IMG/VR virus record: IMGVR_UViG_3300036939_000084
Location: 1 to 33,260 of that record
DNA length: 33,260 nt
Source: a virus
Reading direction: 5' to 3' (one strand)
How positions within the stretch are numbered: the first letter of the stretch is position 1; every line of letters begins with the position of its first letter. The position numbers and the translations under genes were made by a program. The notes below the pieces were generated by a model, which saw nothing but the letters and a program-made list of their open reading frames with translations, searched no databases and was not told where the DNA came from. Of this stretch, positions 20,001-29,193 are shown piece by piece.

Positions 20001-20074
20001 AGGTGTTGAATGTGACGGTTGGTCCAGACTTACTTGCTGAATCGTTTGGTCAATCTTTGGCTAGCGCGGCTTGA
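17069..20074 (+). CDS. Contractile tail sheath protein with inserted repeat domains
   Basis: N-terminal PGIVVNE...G...RGP....V.S......FG and C-terminal LNMAGIQPI...VFGAR...HIR...FQPN sheath motifs. Confidence 0.9.
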   Translation: MAVIRRFGSKPGGPGIVVNERSGINQIPDPTYGSTFMLGVLKRGPMGVIVPVRSKRQYNLIFGDPSDDTWPLFTDSSHLCPDAIDGFFSTGGGAGVLMLCRPELDKTARPAEKIFKGRNGAEVLRVKASNEGRWGGAANKIAATPIVYATSRTFTLVTPGVERNEFRDADAKFSNLDNRVYKIVSNSKADPISGETIYTVGAQYDLVRERVSGPVAMTGTATYSPFTALTGTIAYPLYNAVTGTASINERVITGVGTSFSTELQVGNNIYYNGEARAIESITSNTTLTVAEAFSIPTANNVSLQRDNLVVTGTNSQFTTELAVGDEIFVEVNGIRQGRVVGAIASPTELTLNSGFSDEVGAGTQATRRNFTLRGTGTAFLAEIKPGEFIVDPNRAGKTVKVVRVVSNTEIRLEKPFQINFADAQLTRQPYLATIEYTPAKYEGLAIEISQGLKKPETHFTLTVFFNGSQVLQVPDCSLDRNDPDFVDTKVSNANIAHATGTRNYAQWIEAESLWSSTYTTSEQNDVRPCNGSGQIVHLTSNTMFTVADLDWGNLVGQRVYPNPYEYYRDFYTIQQASAPISLEGTVSSAGVNVTGTATRFASQVKAGQYFYDPATGTARKIRSVLSDTRLVLDTPFPINMAAGTKGTIAGYIAVGERYDLRMATEVGTNLLVVQPQYLERGYDGDTGTLAPHYFTQYLDIDYNFIEKYTLNRNLGLVKIAVPGISDETIQKTGIYYAQQQAYQYRAEIPSYITNPSVAEAYVLNNLGRSDFEAVAFPSYGTIASPFSGSDRLISLTGEILGGEARQAITYSGYHYPFAGLRSVMPRVLRLPVGLDMDDEAVLNMAGIQPIKILDGNAIVFGARIPAESGVYDFKHIREIQSNYIRVFLEARNLLEMLFQPNQPGVLNEAILLLNEFARGEFRKGTITQYLSFQQAVSVTSDIQSNTAIAGSDAKSSLIAIINGKLNIKFTYTPTGIVEVLNVTVGPDLLAESFGQSLASAA

Positions 20075-20138
20075 TTACCTCTTGAGGCGATCGCATTTTT
20101 TCGCCTCTTTTTTCGCCCTTTACCCCTTTTTTGTAGAT

Positions 20139-21640
20139 ATGCCCATCCAACTCAACAAAGCAGTATTAGAACAAAACATCTTTACCAAGGCAAACCAGAC
20201 CCTAACCATCACGGGTCTAGGCAGGATGCTCATCTTGAGTCGAGATGCCATTACCTTAGAACAACCAACCATTGAATTGGCAGAGTGCGACTCGTTCGCA
20301 GCCTAATACATAAGCTGCGGTGAGAATGACAAGGTAGAACCTTGAAAATTCCATAACTGTTCCTTGGATGGAGGTGCAAATCCTCCCCTTCAAGGTTAGA
20401 AGTGACTCCCTATCTGTCCACGCCGAGGTTAATCACCAGAGCGAAGCTGGAAGCAGGGCGCAATCAGAGCTGAAACAGATTAAGCACACTGGCGCTAATG
20501 GGGAGATACTATGGTGAACTTAATGTGAAGCACCTGAAAAAACGCCTTAACACAGAGCAAGAATCTGTTCATATCTTGACTCAACCATCTGTAAACTCGC
20601 AGTAGAGCTGCCAATAACTGTATAACCATGAGTTGGTGGTAGGCGAAGTGGTGACACCTAAGGTATCAAAACAATCTAAGGAACGGAACGAGGAAAAACG
20701 TCACCGACTTTGTGGGGTTGACAACCTACATGGGAGGTCGTGATTAAACTTCTATCGGAAGGTGACGGGTAGGATGGGGGAATGAAACTACCCCCGGCAA
20801 CCGAGAAGTCTAGGAATGGATTAGACTATGCGTAGACAGCCTGCTATACCTAATACCAAGAAGGATAACAGTATGACTGACGCGGACGGGCAACCTGCCA
20901 AGGTTCGATGAATGGCTAAGAAAGGACTAGATGGAACACAGGCAAGAAAATACAGGGAAACACATGTCATGCAAGTAAGTTGGAAGAGTTGACCTCGAAA
21001 GACTTAAGACGGTGACAAGGTGGAAGTCAATTCCTGAAAACAGCTTGTGAATGGGATTTATGGGTATGTTGCCCAGTTACCCGGTGGTTGCTAGGAGCCG
21101 GATGCGGTGAAAATCGCACGTCCGGTTTTGAAGGAGAGGTGCATCACAGCAATGTGGACATCGACTCTAACCAAAACAAATGTCCCAGGTGGTCGTAACA
21201 ACCCAGGCGAATTTAACTGTGTCGTGCAATTAGCTCACGATGACATGCGGCGCAAAATGATTTCTTGGTACCATCAATGCTTAAACTATGGCAACGGCGT
21301 TAACCCGAACTACAAAAAGCCTGCGCTGTTAACTTTCAACAGGCATTTCCAGGGTGCGCCTGATGCTCAGTTTGGGAACGGCTCCTCCGCTCGCAACCCC
21401 TTGAACGTCACGATTCTGGGCACATGGCCTAAGTCGTGCGAGATTCCGGAATACTCAATGAGTGATGGAGATGACGGTGACGCTGATTGTCAGCTGACAC
21501 TGAACCTGTCCTACGATGATCTGGAGTTTGAGAGCGGAGAGGTTGATGCCCTAGGTGCTCTTAGTGGCTATCAGTCTTCCCGTAGTGTCACTCAGAATGT
21601 CGCGGGTAACGTGACTGGATTCTTGGGCGTTGGTGGCTAG
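20139..21640 (+). CDS. Tail tube protein, spliced (exon 1 20139-20284, exon 2 21172-21640; 204 aa)
   Basis: Follows the sheath gene. Joined exons total 615 nt in frame (..IELAD|KTNVPGGR..). Tube-like motifs SWY..C, ILGTWP and LSYD. Confidence 0.85.
20285..21171 (+). mobile_element. ORF-less group II intron (IIB-like), 887 nt
   Basis: 5' GTGCGA; domain V GAGCCGGATGCGGTGAAAATCGCACGTCCGGTT; domain VI ending CTCTAAC; EBS1-like CTGCCAAT (20608-20615) complementary to the exon end; no RT ORF. Confidence 0.93.
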
Positions 21641-21660
21641 TCGTTTTTCGATATTGCAAG

Positions 21661-21692
21661 AAAAAGCCGCTCAGGCAACTGGGCGGCTTTTT
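21661..21692 (+). terminator. Terminator after the tube gene
   Basis: AAAAAGCCGCTCAG...CTGGGCGGCTTTTT. Confidence 0.85.
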
Positions 21693-21737
21693 GCATTTTG
21701 CGAAAGTTTATTAAAGGTTTAATATTGATATTTGCGA

Positions 21738-21769
21738 TAAAAAGCCCCTCAGTATTGAAGGGCTTTTTT
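21738..21769 (-). terminator. Terminator after the HTH operon
   Basis: AAAAGCCC...GGGCTTTT hairpin. Confidence 0.75.
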
Positions 21770-21789
21770 GTGGGGCGCGATCGCATTTT

Positions 21790-22122
21790 TCAGTTTACGA
21801 TCTTAAATCCTTGACTTTTCAATGCGGCTAGAGCGTCAGCTTTGTCTTCTTTTGCTACTTCAATGATTATGTGGACAATCTTTTTCTGCTTTAGCCAGCG
21901 TTTAAAGTGCGTACTGAATTTAATAGGTGTCTTGTTATCGTCATAATCAGGCACAAGAATCCCAAAGTCGTCTAGTTCAAACTTTTCATTTTCTGGTAAG
22001 CAAAGTATTGCATTTTCGTCTTGGTAGTCCTGAATCCAATCCTTGTTGTCATCCAAAAAATAATTAGGAGGAAAATGATTGTTGTAGAAGTCGTTGATGT
22101 CACGTCCTAGTGCTTTGCTCAT
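21790..22122 (-). CDS. Hypothetical protein
   Basis: 110-aa ORF overlapping the end of the HTH gene. Confidence 0.75.
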   Translation of the reverse strand: MSKALGRDINDFYNNHFPPNYFLDDNKDWIQDYQDENAILCLPENEKFELDDFGILVPDYDDNKTPIKFSTHFKRWLKQKKIVHIIIEVAKEDKADALAALKSQGFKIVN

Positions 22123-22609
22123 TTTCTTTATTGGGGTTGTTTGATAGATGTTCTAGTTTTTGAGCAATTAGCTCACCAGCCTTGGCGACAATCTCAGCTA
22201 GTCGAGCTGGGGACAAATTTCGCATGATCTGAAAAATCTGGCTGACTAAGGCTGATTCATCTTGAGTGTTAAGTCCCCTTTGCTGCTCTAGTTGAGTGAA
22301 AAGATGGCTTGAGTCTGTGTTTCCTGAAAGGAAAGCATCCAGGTCAAGAAGGGTTATGCCTAGCGACTGGGCTAGTCTAGCCTTGTTGGGTCTGCCGATA
22401 GACTGAGAACCATTAGCCCATCGTCGTACCGTCTCGGCGGCAAACTTCTTCCCTGTTGGCAGACTGGAATTCAAGTATTCTGTGAGCGCCTCGTCGGAAA
22501 TATCCTCACCGAGTCGCGATCGTACAAATGCCAACAGTTCCATTAATCGAGGCACTGTTTTGTCGGACAAAAAAACCTCCAGCGCGACTATTTCTTTATT
22601 TTGCAGCAT
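22100..22609 (-). CDS. XRE-like HTH transcriptional regulator, candidate repressor
   Basis: ETVRRWANG....P...LAQSLGI pattern; GAGGA RBS. Confidence 0.7.
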   Translation of the reverse strand: MLQNKEIVALEVFLSDKTVPRLMELLAFVRSRLGEDISDEALTEYLNSSLPTGKKFAAETVRRWANGSQSIGRPNKARLAQSLGITLLDLDAFLSGNTDSSHLFTQLEQQRGLNTQDESALVSQIFQIMRNLSPARLAEIVAKAGELIAQKLEHLSNNPNKENEQSTRT

Positions 22610-22659
22610 CTATCCTCGTATTCCTCTTGACACTCCCCCGACTTGAAGCCGGGGGATTC

Positions 22660-23925
22660 TCAGTTCTTTCCCTTACGGGCTTTGCCAGACGACTTGCAAT
22701 GCAGGCTTGCGCCAACATTGTAGAGGTCGAGCTGTTCCTGAGCGTTAATTCCCGTGTGCCCCACGGTATTTTTTCCTAACATCTCAAGCGCTCTCATTAA
22801 GATGTTGATTGCTGCGTTCTCGTCCCTGTCCAACACAGTTCCACATTTACAAACGTGAGTTCTAACGGACAGCGATTTTTTTACGGTTATTCCGCATCCT
22901 GAGCAGTTTTGACTCGTGTGATGAGGAGGAACAGCAACGACAACTTTATCAAACACCTTGGCAAAATATTCAAGCCACTCCCGAAACAAAGACCAACTAG
23001 CATCACTAATAGATAGTGCAAGCCTGCGGTTTTTTATCATGTTTCGGACTTTCAGATCTTCATAGGCTACCAAATCGCTAGATTGGATTACGCACCTTGC
23101 GGTCTTCACCACAAAGTCTTTACGTCGCCTACTTACTTCTAAATGTTTCCGAGCAACCTGAACTCTTGTCTTGTGATAGCGCTTGGACTGGGGTTTCTTA
23201 GTCTTGACCATCTTCTCGCCTTTTTTCCCTTTGTTGGGATTCCTATATCTACGAGAAAGTCGTCGTTGCGACTTCTTCAGCTTCTTGTGAGCTTTCCGTA
23301 GATGGCGAGGATTATCAACTTTTTTCCCATTAGAATCGGTCAAGAAATGGGTTAAACCTACGTCTATTCCAATCTCATTTCCAGTATATTGAGACTTCTC
23401 TTTTCTCTCAACATCAACACAAAACTGAGCGTAGTAACCATCAGCTCTTTTTACAATTCTGATGCGCTTTATCTGCTTGATGTCATAGAAATTAAGGTCA
23501 CGAGTTCCTTTGAGCTTAAAGCTTCCAGCTTCAAAACCATCCGTCAGAGTCAGGGTTTTCCTGTCCTTAGATAGCTTCCAGCCACTGGTCTTGTATTCAA
23601 CCGAACGACTGTGCTTCTTAAAATTAGGAAATCCCTTTTTCCCAGGTTTATGAGCCTTGCAGTTATCAAAAAATCGACTAATGGCAAACCAGGTTCGGTC
23701 AGCATGAGCTTGACGAGCCATTGAGTTGAGCTTTTTTGCCCAAGGGAACTCCATATTGGAGGCTAAGACCGCACAGTATTTCTGTAGGTCATTTTTAGTT
23801 GTGCCTTTATTATCCATCCAGTACTTGAGGCAAGAATTTCTAATAAATTGCCCCGTCCGAATCGCCTCATCAAGTTTGGCGAATTGGACAGAACTACCTT
23901 TCAACTTGCTCTCAAATACCAGCAA
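22660..23925 (-). CDS. tnpB: TnpB RNA-guided endonuclease
   Basis: RuvC motifs GIDVG, YEDL and DRDENAA; zinc finger CSGC..CKC. Confidence 0.95.
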   Translation of the reverse strand: MLVFESKLKGSSVQFAKLDEAIRTGQFIRNSCLKYWMDNKGTTKNDLQKYCAVLASNMEFPWAKKLNSMARQAHADRTWFAISRFFDNCKAHKPGKKGFPNFKKHSRSVEYKTSGWKLSKDRKTLTLTDGFEAGSFKLKGTRDLNFYDIKQIKRIRIVKRADGYYAQFCVDVERKEKSQYTGNEIGIDVGLTHFLTDSNGKKVDNPRHLRKAHKKLKKSQRRLSRRYRNPNKGKKGEKMVKTKKPQSKRYHKTRVQVARKHLEVSRRRKDFVVKTARCVIQSSDLVAYEDLKVRNMIKNRRLALSISDASWSLFREWLEYFAKVFDKVVVAVPPHHTSQNCSGCGITVKKSLSVRTHVCKCGTVLDRDENAAINILMRALEMLGKNTVGHTGINAQEQLDLYNVGASLHCKSSGKARKGKN

Positions 23926-23968
23926 TGTGTGATCTCCGCTATGATTATTGATTATACAATAATTGTCT

Positions 23969-24364
23969 ATGAATCAGCAATACCGACACAATCGGCACTC
24001 GGTTTCCTTGATGAACTTTCATTTCGTCTGGATTCCTCGTAGACGAAGGAAGGTACTTATCGGTGAGGTAGCAACAAGATTGGAGGAAATCATCAAAGAA
24101 GTCTGTTCTGAACTAAGTCTCAACATACTGGCAATGGAGATTATGCCAGACCATATCCACTTATTTGTCAGCTGTCCTCCTAGTATCGCTGCCGACCAGA
24201 TTATGTTCAGAATCAAAGGTCGCAGTTCTAGGGTTTTAAGAAAAGAGTTTTCTCACTTACTAAAAATGCCGTCGATGTGGACGCGAAGTTACTTCGTTTC
24301 GACGGCAGGTAATGTTTCAACAGAAACCATTAAACGGTACATAGCTGAACAGCGGAAAGACTGA
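23969..24364 (+). CDS. tnpA: IS200-family Y1 HUH transposase
   Basis: HFVW.P..R, DHIHL (HUH), KG.SS, W..SYF and YIAEQ. Confidence 0.96.
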   Translation: MNQQYRHNRHSVSLMNFHFVWIPRRRRKVLIGEVATRLEEIIKEVCSELSLNILAMEIMPDHIHLFVSCPPSIAADQIMFRIKGRSSRVLRKEFSHLLKMPSMWTRSYFVSTAGNVSTETIKRYIAEQRKD

Positions 24365-24663
24365 ACTGACCCTAAAGGGTCTTGCAATTCATCCCCCCGC
24401 TAGAAGCAGGGGGCTTTCTTGCTTGTCCGCTGTAAAAATAATTGTCATAGACTTGCCTTAACATCAATACTTAGATTATAGTTATAACAACGAGGAAAGC
24501 GAGGACTTTGTGTCTCGATACCAAAAACAAAGCCCCTAATGGTTGCGTAATTGCGCGATCGCCTTGTTCGAGACCGAGTGCAAGCTTAAACGAGGTCTAG
24601 ACGAAGACAATTATAAGCTGGCACTTCTCGCGATCGCATAACACTTTAACATCGCACACTACA

Positions 24664-24688
24664 CCGCCCTGAGTGGGCGGTTTTTTTG
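24664..24688. terminator. Terminator hairpin
   Basis: ACCGCCC-TGAGT-GGGCGGT followed by a T-run. Confidence 0.8.
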
Positions 24689-24690
24689 TC

Positions 24691-25143
24691 TCAGTACAAA
24701 AGCTGAGTCGCCATCCCCTTTTCCAGCAAGATGTCGTTGAGGCAGCGACCATCGGGAAAGAAAATCTTACCCAGGTATCGACCGTATTTCTCTTGTCTGG
24801 TTTTGCTTTTAACTCGGATTGTTTCCAGGGTGAGCACGCTTCCGATCGCGCACAGTTCTTCAACAAATTTTGCCACTTCTTTCCCTTTTTCTGTGCTTTT
24901 CTCCGGTGCATTCAATCCAAACAACCGAATTGACTCATCTTTGAGCCACAGTGGTGAGCCTGTTATAATTTGTGCAAGGAAAGTGCGAGGCACAAATACA
25001 GAAAATCCCAGATCAACAAACTCAGTGTCTAGGGCAACTTCATGTAGCTGGTTCAGTGTTGATAAGTTAATGTCTAACGCAAGCGTGTCGCCGTCTTTAA
25101 CTTTAATAATTGTTGCTTGATAGAACCATTTCGTTTTTCCCAT
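24691..25143 (-). CDS. Thermonuclease (SNase-like) family protein
   Basis: KVKDGDTL, IRLFGLNAPE, KYGRYLG and LNDILLEKGMA. Confidence 0.9.
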   Translation of the reverse strand: MGKTKWFYQATIIKVKDGDTLALDINLSTLNQLHEVALDTEFVDLGFSVFVPRTFLAQIITGSPLWLKDESIRLFGLNAPEKSTEKGKEVAKFVEELCAIGSVLTLETIRVKSKTRQEKYGRYLGKIFFPDGRCLNDILLEKGMATQLLY

Positions 25144-25278
25144 TTTTTTTGAAATTAAGAACCCCCGAATTATCGGGGGTTTGACTGGTAAGAATAATAT
25201 AAGGTTAACTACAGTCTATCATTCCTAAGCGAGGAACTTCGGAGAGGAGGGGGTGTCAAGGAGGATCGATTCCCCGCT

Positions 25279-26109
25279 CTAAAGACACAGAGATTCGCTC
25301 CTTTCAATGCTTGGGGCATCACTAAAATTAAAATGTTTCCAAGTTTTCACAGGAAAGTGTTTTTCTAGATGCATTAAGTCATTTTTTTCTAAAACTTTCC
25401 GAAGATGACCTTTCACTTTATAATCAGTATCGTAAAACGGTACAATACCTTCATTAAACGACTCCAAGCAATGGGATATAAGGGCTTCCTTGAATTTTAC
25501 TCTGTCTTGCGCTAATGGTGCTTCTTCGTTTTTTAAAGCGAGTGCTTGCAATATATCAGCCATGACATCACCTGTTTGACCAATAGACCCCAGGTTGTTT
25601 ACCCAAAAATCAGCCATTTCTTCAGCTTTTTTTTTGAAATAGGTTTGTACTGCTACCGACTTTGCAAAATCAGAGGCTATCTGTTCGATTTGTTGTGCTT
25701 GCCAAGTTTTTAGCAAACAACGAGGTAATGAAAAATCTTTTTTTACCAAACTGTGGAAACTTGTGCTATTTAAAACGATCAAAGCCAGCTTGTTTAAATC
25801 AGTAATCCATTTTTCAACGCCACGCACGGGATATTTGTCGAGATATCCTCGATACTCAGGATAGTAAGAAATCGTATCTCCGCAAGTAGTTTTCTCAGCT
25901 CCTATAATAGCTTCTTCCTTTATCCATGTAACGGCGGAAGTAATGTGTTGGCTTGGTACAGCATCGCACCAATCTAAATCGGATAATCCGTGGGGACATA
26001 AAGCCTCAAAATATTTCAGTCGCCCATCTTGGATATACCAATGCTTAAGTTTCAAACATTCTTTATTTCCCTTCCATTCCGCAAATCCATCAATTAATTT
26101 TATTGTCAT
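25279..26109 (-). CDS. Hypothetical protein
   Basis: 276-aa ORF with a TGTTAAAAT...GTAAACAA promoter motif upstream. Confidence 0.75.
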   Translation of the reverse strand: MTIKLIDGFAEWKGNKECLKLKHWYIQDGRLKYFEALCPHGLSDLDWCDAVPSQHITSAVTWIKEEAIIGAEKTTCGDTISYYPEYRGYLDKYPVRGVEKWITDLNKLALIVLNSTSFHSLVKKDFSLPRCLLKTWQAQQIEQIASDFAKSVAVQTYFKKKAEEMADFWVNNLGSIGQTGDVMADILQALALKNEEAPLAQDRVKFKEALISHCLESFNEGIVPFYDTDYKVKGHLRKVLEKNDLMHLEKHFPVKTWKHFNFSDAPSIERSESLCL

Positions 26110-26180
26110 TTTTCTTCCTTGTGGAGATCTGCTAATTCTATTGATTGTTTACAGGGTTATTTTAACACAAGAAAAAACGA

Positions 26181-28814
26181 CTAGAACTGGACTCGATCAA
26201 CTGTAAAGCCACTCCCCACCTCATCGGGAAATAGGATAGTCATTTGTGCTAGTGCCTCTGCTTGTGTTCCAACGCGGAAGTAATAAGCCTGTCTCAATGA
26301 GACATCCGTTTCTGGTAAGTAAAGTGCATTACGGGTGCAGCGATACCAAACGAGGGATTGGAGACGAGCGACAGAAGTACTGAGAGACGTGATCGCCGCC
26401 TGTTGAGCCACATTGTCATTACCAAGCTGGGTCACAGAGGCATTGAGAGAAGCGATCGCCCCCTCTTGAACCACCTTGTCTTCCCCAACCCTAGTTCGGA
26501 AGGTCACGAAGTCATCCCAGAATCGGTAGAGATAGTCCGTTACTCTCACTCCCTCCAGGTATACCCCATCTGGTGATACCTCAATTCCCCGTTCCAATCC
26601 TGTTGCTCCAATTTCAACTCGGTCGTCAAGGGCAGAGATGTGAGAGATGCTCTTCCCCTCTTCATCCTTGTTAGCGAGACTAATCCCCTCCTTGGGATGC
26701 AGAAACATGCCCGCTACCTTCTGCCCCTCTTGCAGAATTTTCATTGCCATCGGCAGCTGGGATAGGAAACCACCACCAAGTGCGTCAAAACCGAACCCAC
26801 CCCAAGGACTGGTAGCACCCACCCCCATTGCCCCAGCGAAAACCTTGCTTACTCCCCCCGGTGCCAGTAACTGACTTACAGCCTTCTGCACTTCTACCGC
26901 AGCTCCAATTCCATTGCTTGATGCAGTCATCTTTGCTGCTTGGTCAGTTAGTTTGAGCATTCCTCCGCCGCCACGACTGGGCGTACTACTAGCCACCTTC
27001 TGAGACTGATGGAATCCTTGCTTGAGTAGAGGTTTGAGCTTTTCGGCTAACGGCTGAATCGCCTGATTGATGGTGTCTTTAATACTGGAATCTTTTGCGA
27101 TATCCAGAGGAGAACTTGCGATCGCCTCTCCCAACACACTCCCCGCCTTCAAGTCATTGAGTAGTGATTGAATTTGAGGGATGCCTTGAACCAGGGGCTG
27201 AGCTTGGGTAAAAGTTGCAGCGGCATCCGAGATAAAAGAAGACTGAACGCCTGCAACAAGGGATGGAATATCTTTGTTGAGCAGGCTAGTCTTAATGGCT
27301 TCTGGCGTAATTGGCAGATTACTGGGTATCTGCTCTTGGACTTTGAGCACCTGAGACTCAACAAAGGAGTCAACATTAAATCCTTGTAGAAGATATTGTG
27401 GTTCAAGTGTTCTAGGGTTTGTGGTGGCAGAGCGTGTAAAATTTTTTAGAGCAGTAGGCAAGCCCTTAAGGTCGATTGCGCTTAGAGGGCTACCTTGAAG
27501 TGAGTTGAAGGCATCCAATACTTCATGAGTTTCATTAATGATTGATTGCATGGGTGCGATCGCCTTATGCAGTCCCATCTCTACCAAATTTTCAACCTCT
27601 CCCAACCCACCAGGGATAACTTTGTCTAATAAACCTTTAATAAGAATATCGGGGTTGTATTGAAGCCCCTTAATAAGGGGAGCCGCTTCTTCCAGTAAGC
27701 CGTGGATGTTTTCTGGGAGCACACCCTTAAGATTGGTCACCAGCTCCTCTGGATTGTTGAATCCACCCCGTACTACGTTTTCCACAGTCGTGGCGAGGTC
27801 GCCGACGTTGCTGCCTAGGATTTGATCGAGTTGAGGTGTGATCGCTTCTGCTAAATCAGAGGTCTTCAGCGACCCTAATTCATTTAATGCGGCTAGTCCC
27901 TGGTCGAATCCTGTTCCCAGCGTTCCTTGCACTTGGTCTAAGATCTCGGTTGCTTCGGACAGTACCTGAGATATGGGGTTGCCAGGAATGTTTTTGGCTA
28001 CGTCGTCCAGTTGGTCTAAGAGGCGGTTGGTAACACCGAGTTTACTGAAGATGCCTGATTTGAGGGAGGAGAGGTTGGAAGCGATCGCATTCACAGGTCC
28101 TGTTAGGTTAGCCTCGCCATTCTGCAATTTCAGGGATGCCTTCTTCGCATTTTGCAAAAGCACTTCCCCGTTTTCGTGGAGTTGGTGAACCGCACCAGCT
28201 GCGTTTTTCTGACTAATCTCGCCTTTGGGAGTTTGACTAATGCTGCTTAAGGGGGTTTCCGAAATGATGTTGCCGTCGAATGCCAACGTGTTACGAGCAC
28301 CGCCGATGGTTTGTTCGACTATACTGCCTTCCTTGGACTCTGTTCGGGCGATTCCGGTCGCAGCAACAAATCGTATCTTGGCAGAGTTGGGTACGTCATG
28401 GGATTCGATCGTACCGTCATGGGTTTGGAATCCGTACATCCCCAGTGAGCGATCATGTTCTGGGGAGGGGGGATCGACTTTGTTGTGCAAGAATCCCATG
28501 CAGATCCATTTGTCTGGCCTACCAAGGACGGGGATGAGGAAGGCGAGTGAACCTTCGGTGACGGGTGCGATCGCGCCTCCTGGTGAGGAATTGCACGTAA
28601 AGGAACTTAGAACTTCGATAAATCCGTCTTCTCCGTTCGGCAGGTCGTGTACTGGGTCAATCAAGTCGCACTTGCACTTGACTCTCCCCCTTTTTAAGGG
28701 GTCTTTGATACTGGTAACGACAGCGGGAACGCCGCCCATGACAAAACCTTCTGCGAGGTGCGTGGCGTAGCTACGTGGATCTTCGGGGTGGGTAAGGCGT
28801 TGGAGGGGGAGCAT
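26181..28814 (-). CDS. Baseplate spike-like protein (gp5/GpV N-terminal OB fold) with long extension
   Basis: PAVVTSIKDPLKRGRVKCK...P..G..........G.P motif, then beta-repeat, helical and coiled-coil regions. Confidence 0.75.
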   Translation of the reverse strand: MLPLQRLTHPEDPRSYATHLAEGFVMGGVPAVVTSIKDPLKRGRVKCKCDLIDPVHDLPNGEDGFIEVLSSFTCNSSPGGAIAPVTEGSLAFLIPVLGRPDKWICMGFLHNKVDPPSPEHDRSLGMYGFQTHDGTIESHDVPNSAKIRFVAATGIARTESKEGSIVEQTIGGARNTLAFDGNIISETPLSSISQTPKGEISQKNAAGAVHQLHENGEVLLQNAKKASLKLQNGEANLTGPVNAIASNLSSLKSGIFSKLGVTNRLLDQLDDVAKNIPGNPISQVLSEATEILDQVQGTLGTGFDQGLAALNELGSLKTSDLAEAITPQLDQILGSNVGDLATTVENVVRGGFNNPEELVTNLKGVLPENIHGLLEEAAPLIKGLQYNPDILIKGLLDKVIPGGLGEVENLVEMGLHKAIAPMQSIINETHEVLDAFNSLQGSPLSAIDLKGLPTALKNFTRSATTNPRTLEPQYLLQGFNVDSFVESQVLKVQEQIPSNLPITPEAIKTSLLNKDIPSLVAGVQSSFISDAAATFTQAQPLVQGIPQIQSLLNDLKAGSVLGEAIASSPLDIAKDSSIKDTINQAIQPLAEKLKPLLKQGFHQSQKVASSTPSRGGGGMLKLTDQAAKMTASSNGIGAAVEVQKAVSQLLAPGGVSKVFAGAMGVGATSPWGGFGFDALGGGFLSQLPMAMKILQEGQKVAGMFLHPKEGISLANKDEEGKSISHISALDDRVEIGATGLERGIEVSPDGVYLEGVRVTDYLYRFWDDFVTFRTRVGEDKVVQEGAIASLNASVTQLGNDNVAQQAAITSLSTSVARLQSLVWYRCTRNALYLPETDVSLRQAYYFRVGTQAEALAQMTILFPDEVGSGFTVDRVQF

Positions 28815-28892
28815 GAAAGAAAAACGCTCCGATATGGAGCGTTGGTTTAGGTTACTGATGCTAATTTTCTCAGATTTGAAATTGCCTGAAGA

Positions 28893-29090
28893 TTAGTCAA
28901 AAACCAGCCACAAACTTAAATAATATTCAACACAGCAAGTTTCTTCATTTCTAAATGAATAAATCCAAGTAAATCCATTCCAGGATGAGTTACTAATTAC
29001 GGCTTGTCTGCTCAGGGTTTCAATATTAACAGTTTGCCCTATTTTGAATCTAGGTATTGTACTTCCAGGTTTTTTAAATGTTGCAGCCAT
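28893..29090 (-). CDS. Small hypothetical protein
   Basis: 65 aa, PRFKIGQTV SH3-like start, promoter-like motif upstream. Confidence 0.55.
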   Translation of the reverse strand: MAATFKKPGSTIPRFKIGQTVNIETLSRQAVISNSSWNGFTWIYSFRNEETCCVEYYLSLWLVFD

Positions 29091-29156
29091 ATTGTATCTT
29101 ACTTATTTGCTTAGTTGTTATTTTTTATTTTATTACTAAAATCAAAGATTAAGCAG

Positions 29157-29183
29157 AAAAAACACCCGAAATGGGTGTTTTTT
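29157..29183. terminator. Terminator hairpin
   Basis: AAAAAACACCC-GAAAT-GGGTGTTTTTT. Confidence 0.8.
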
Positions 29184-29193
29184 CTTGGCAGAA

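Larger units (their letters stand above)
22627..24431 (-). mobile_element. IS200/IS605-family element, IS608-type ends, divergent tnpA/tnpB
   Basis: Minus strand: TTAC target, then left end with AAAG guide and CCCCC/GGGGG hairpin; right end GAAT-CCCCCGG..CGGGGG-AGTGTCAA. No HIP1 sites inside. Confidence 0.92.

Noticed and set aside
20019-20306. 95-aa ORF as an independent gene
   Set aside because: It is exon 1 of the tube gene (real start 20139) running into the intron.
20285-21171. Retron, DGR or RT-encoding element
   Set aside because: No reverse transcriptase ORF in the window and no adenine-specific TR/VR pair noticed.
21107-21640. 177-aa ORF with GTG start
   Set aside because: The first 21 codons are intron domains V-VI; the rest is exon 2.
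22627-24431. IStron (IS fused to an intron)
   Set aside because: The element is filled by tnpA/tnpB with no intron core, and the group II intron is 1.4 kb away on the other strand.
24580-24641. tmRNA (tag-like DEDNYKLALLAIA)
   Set aside because: No tRNA-like acceptor or T-arm ends, and the region is too short.
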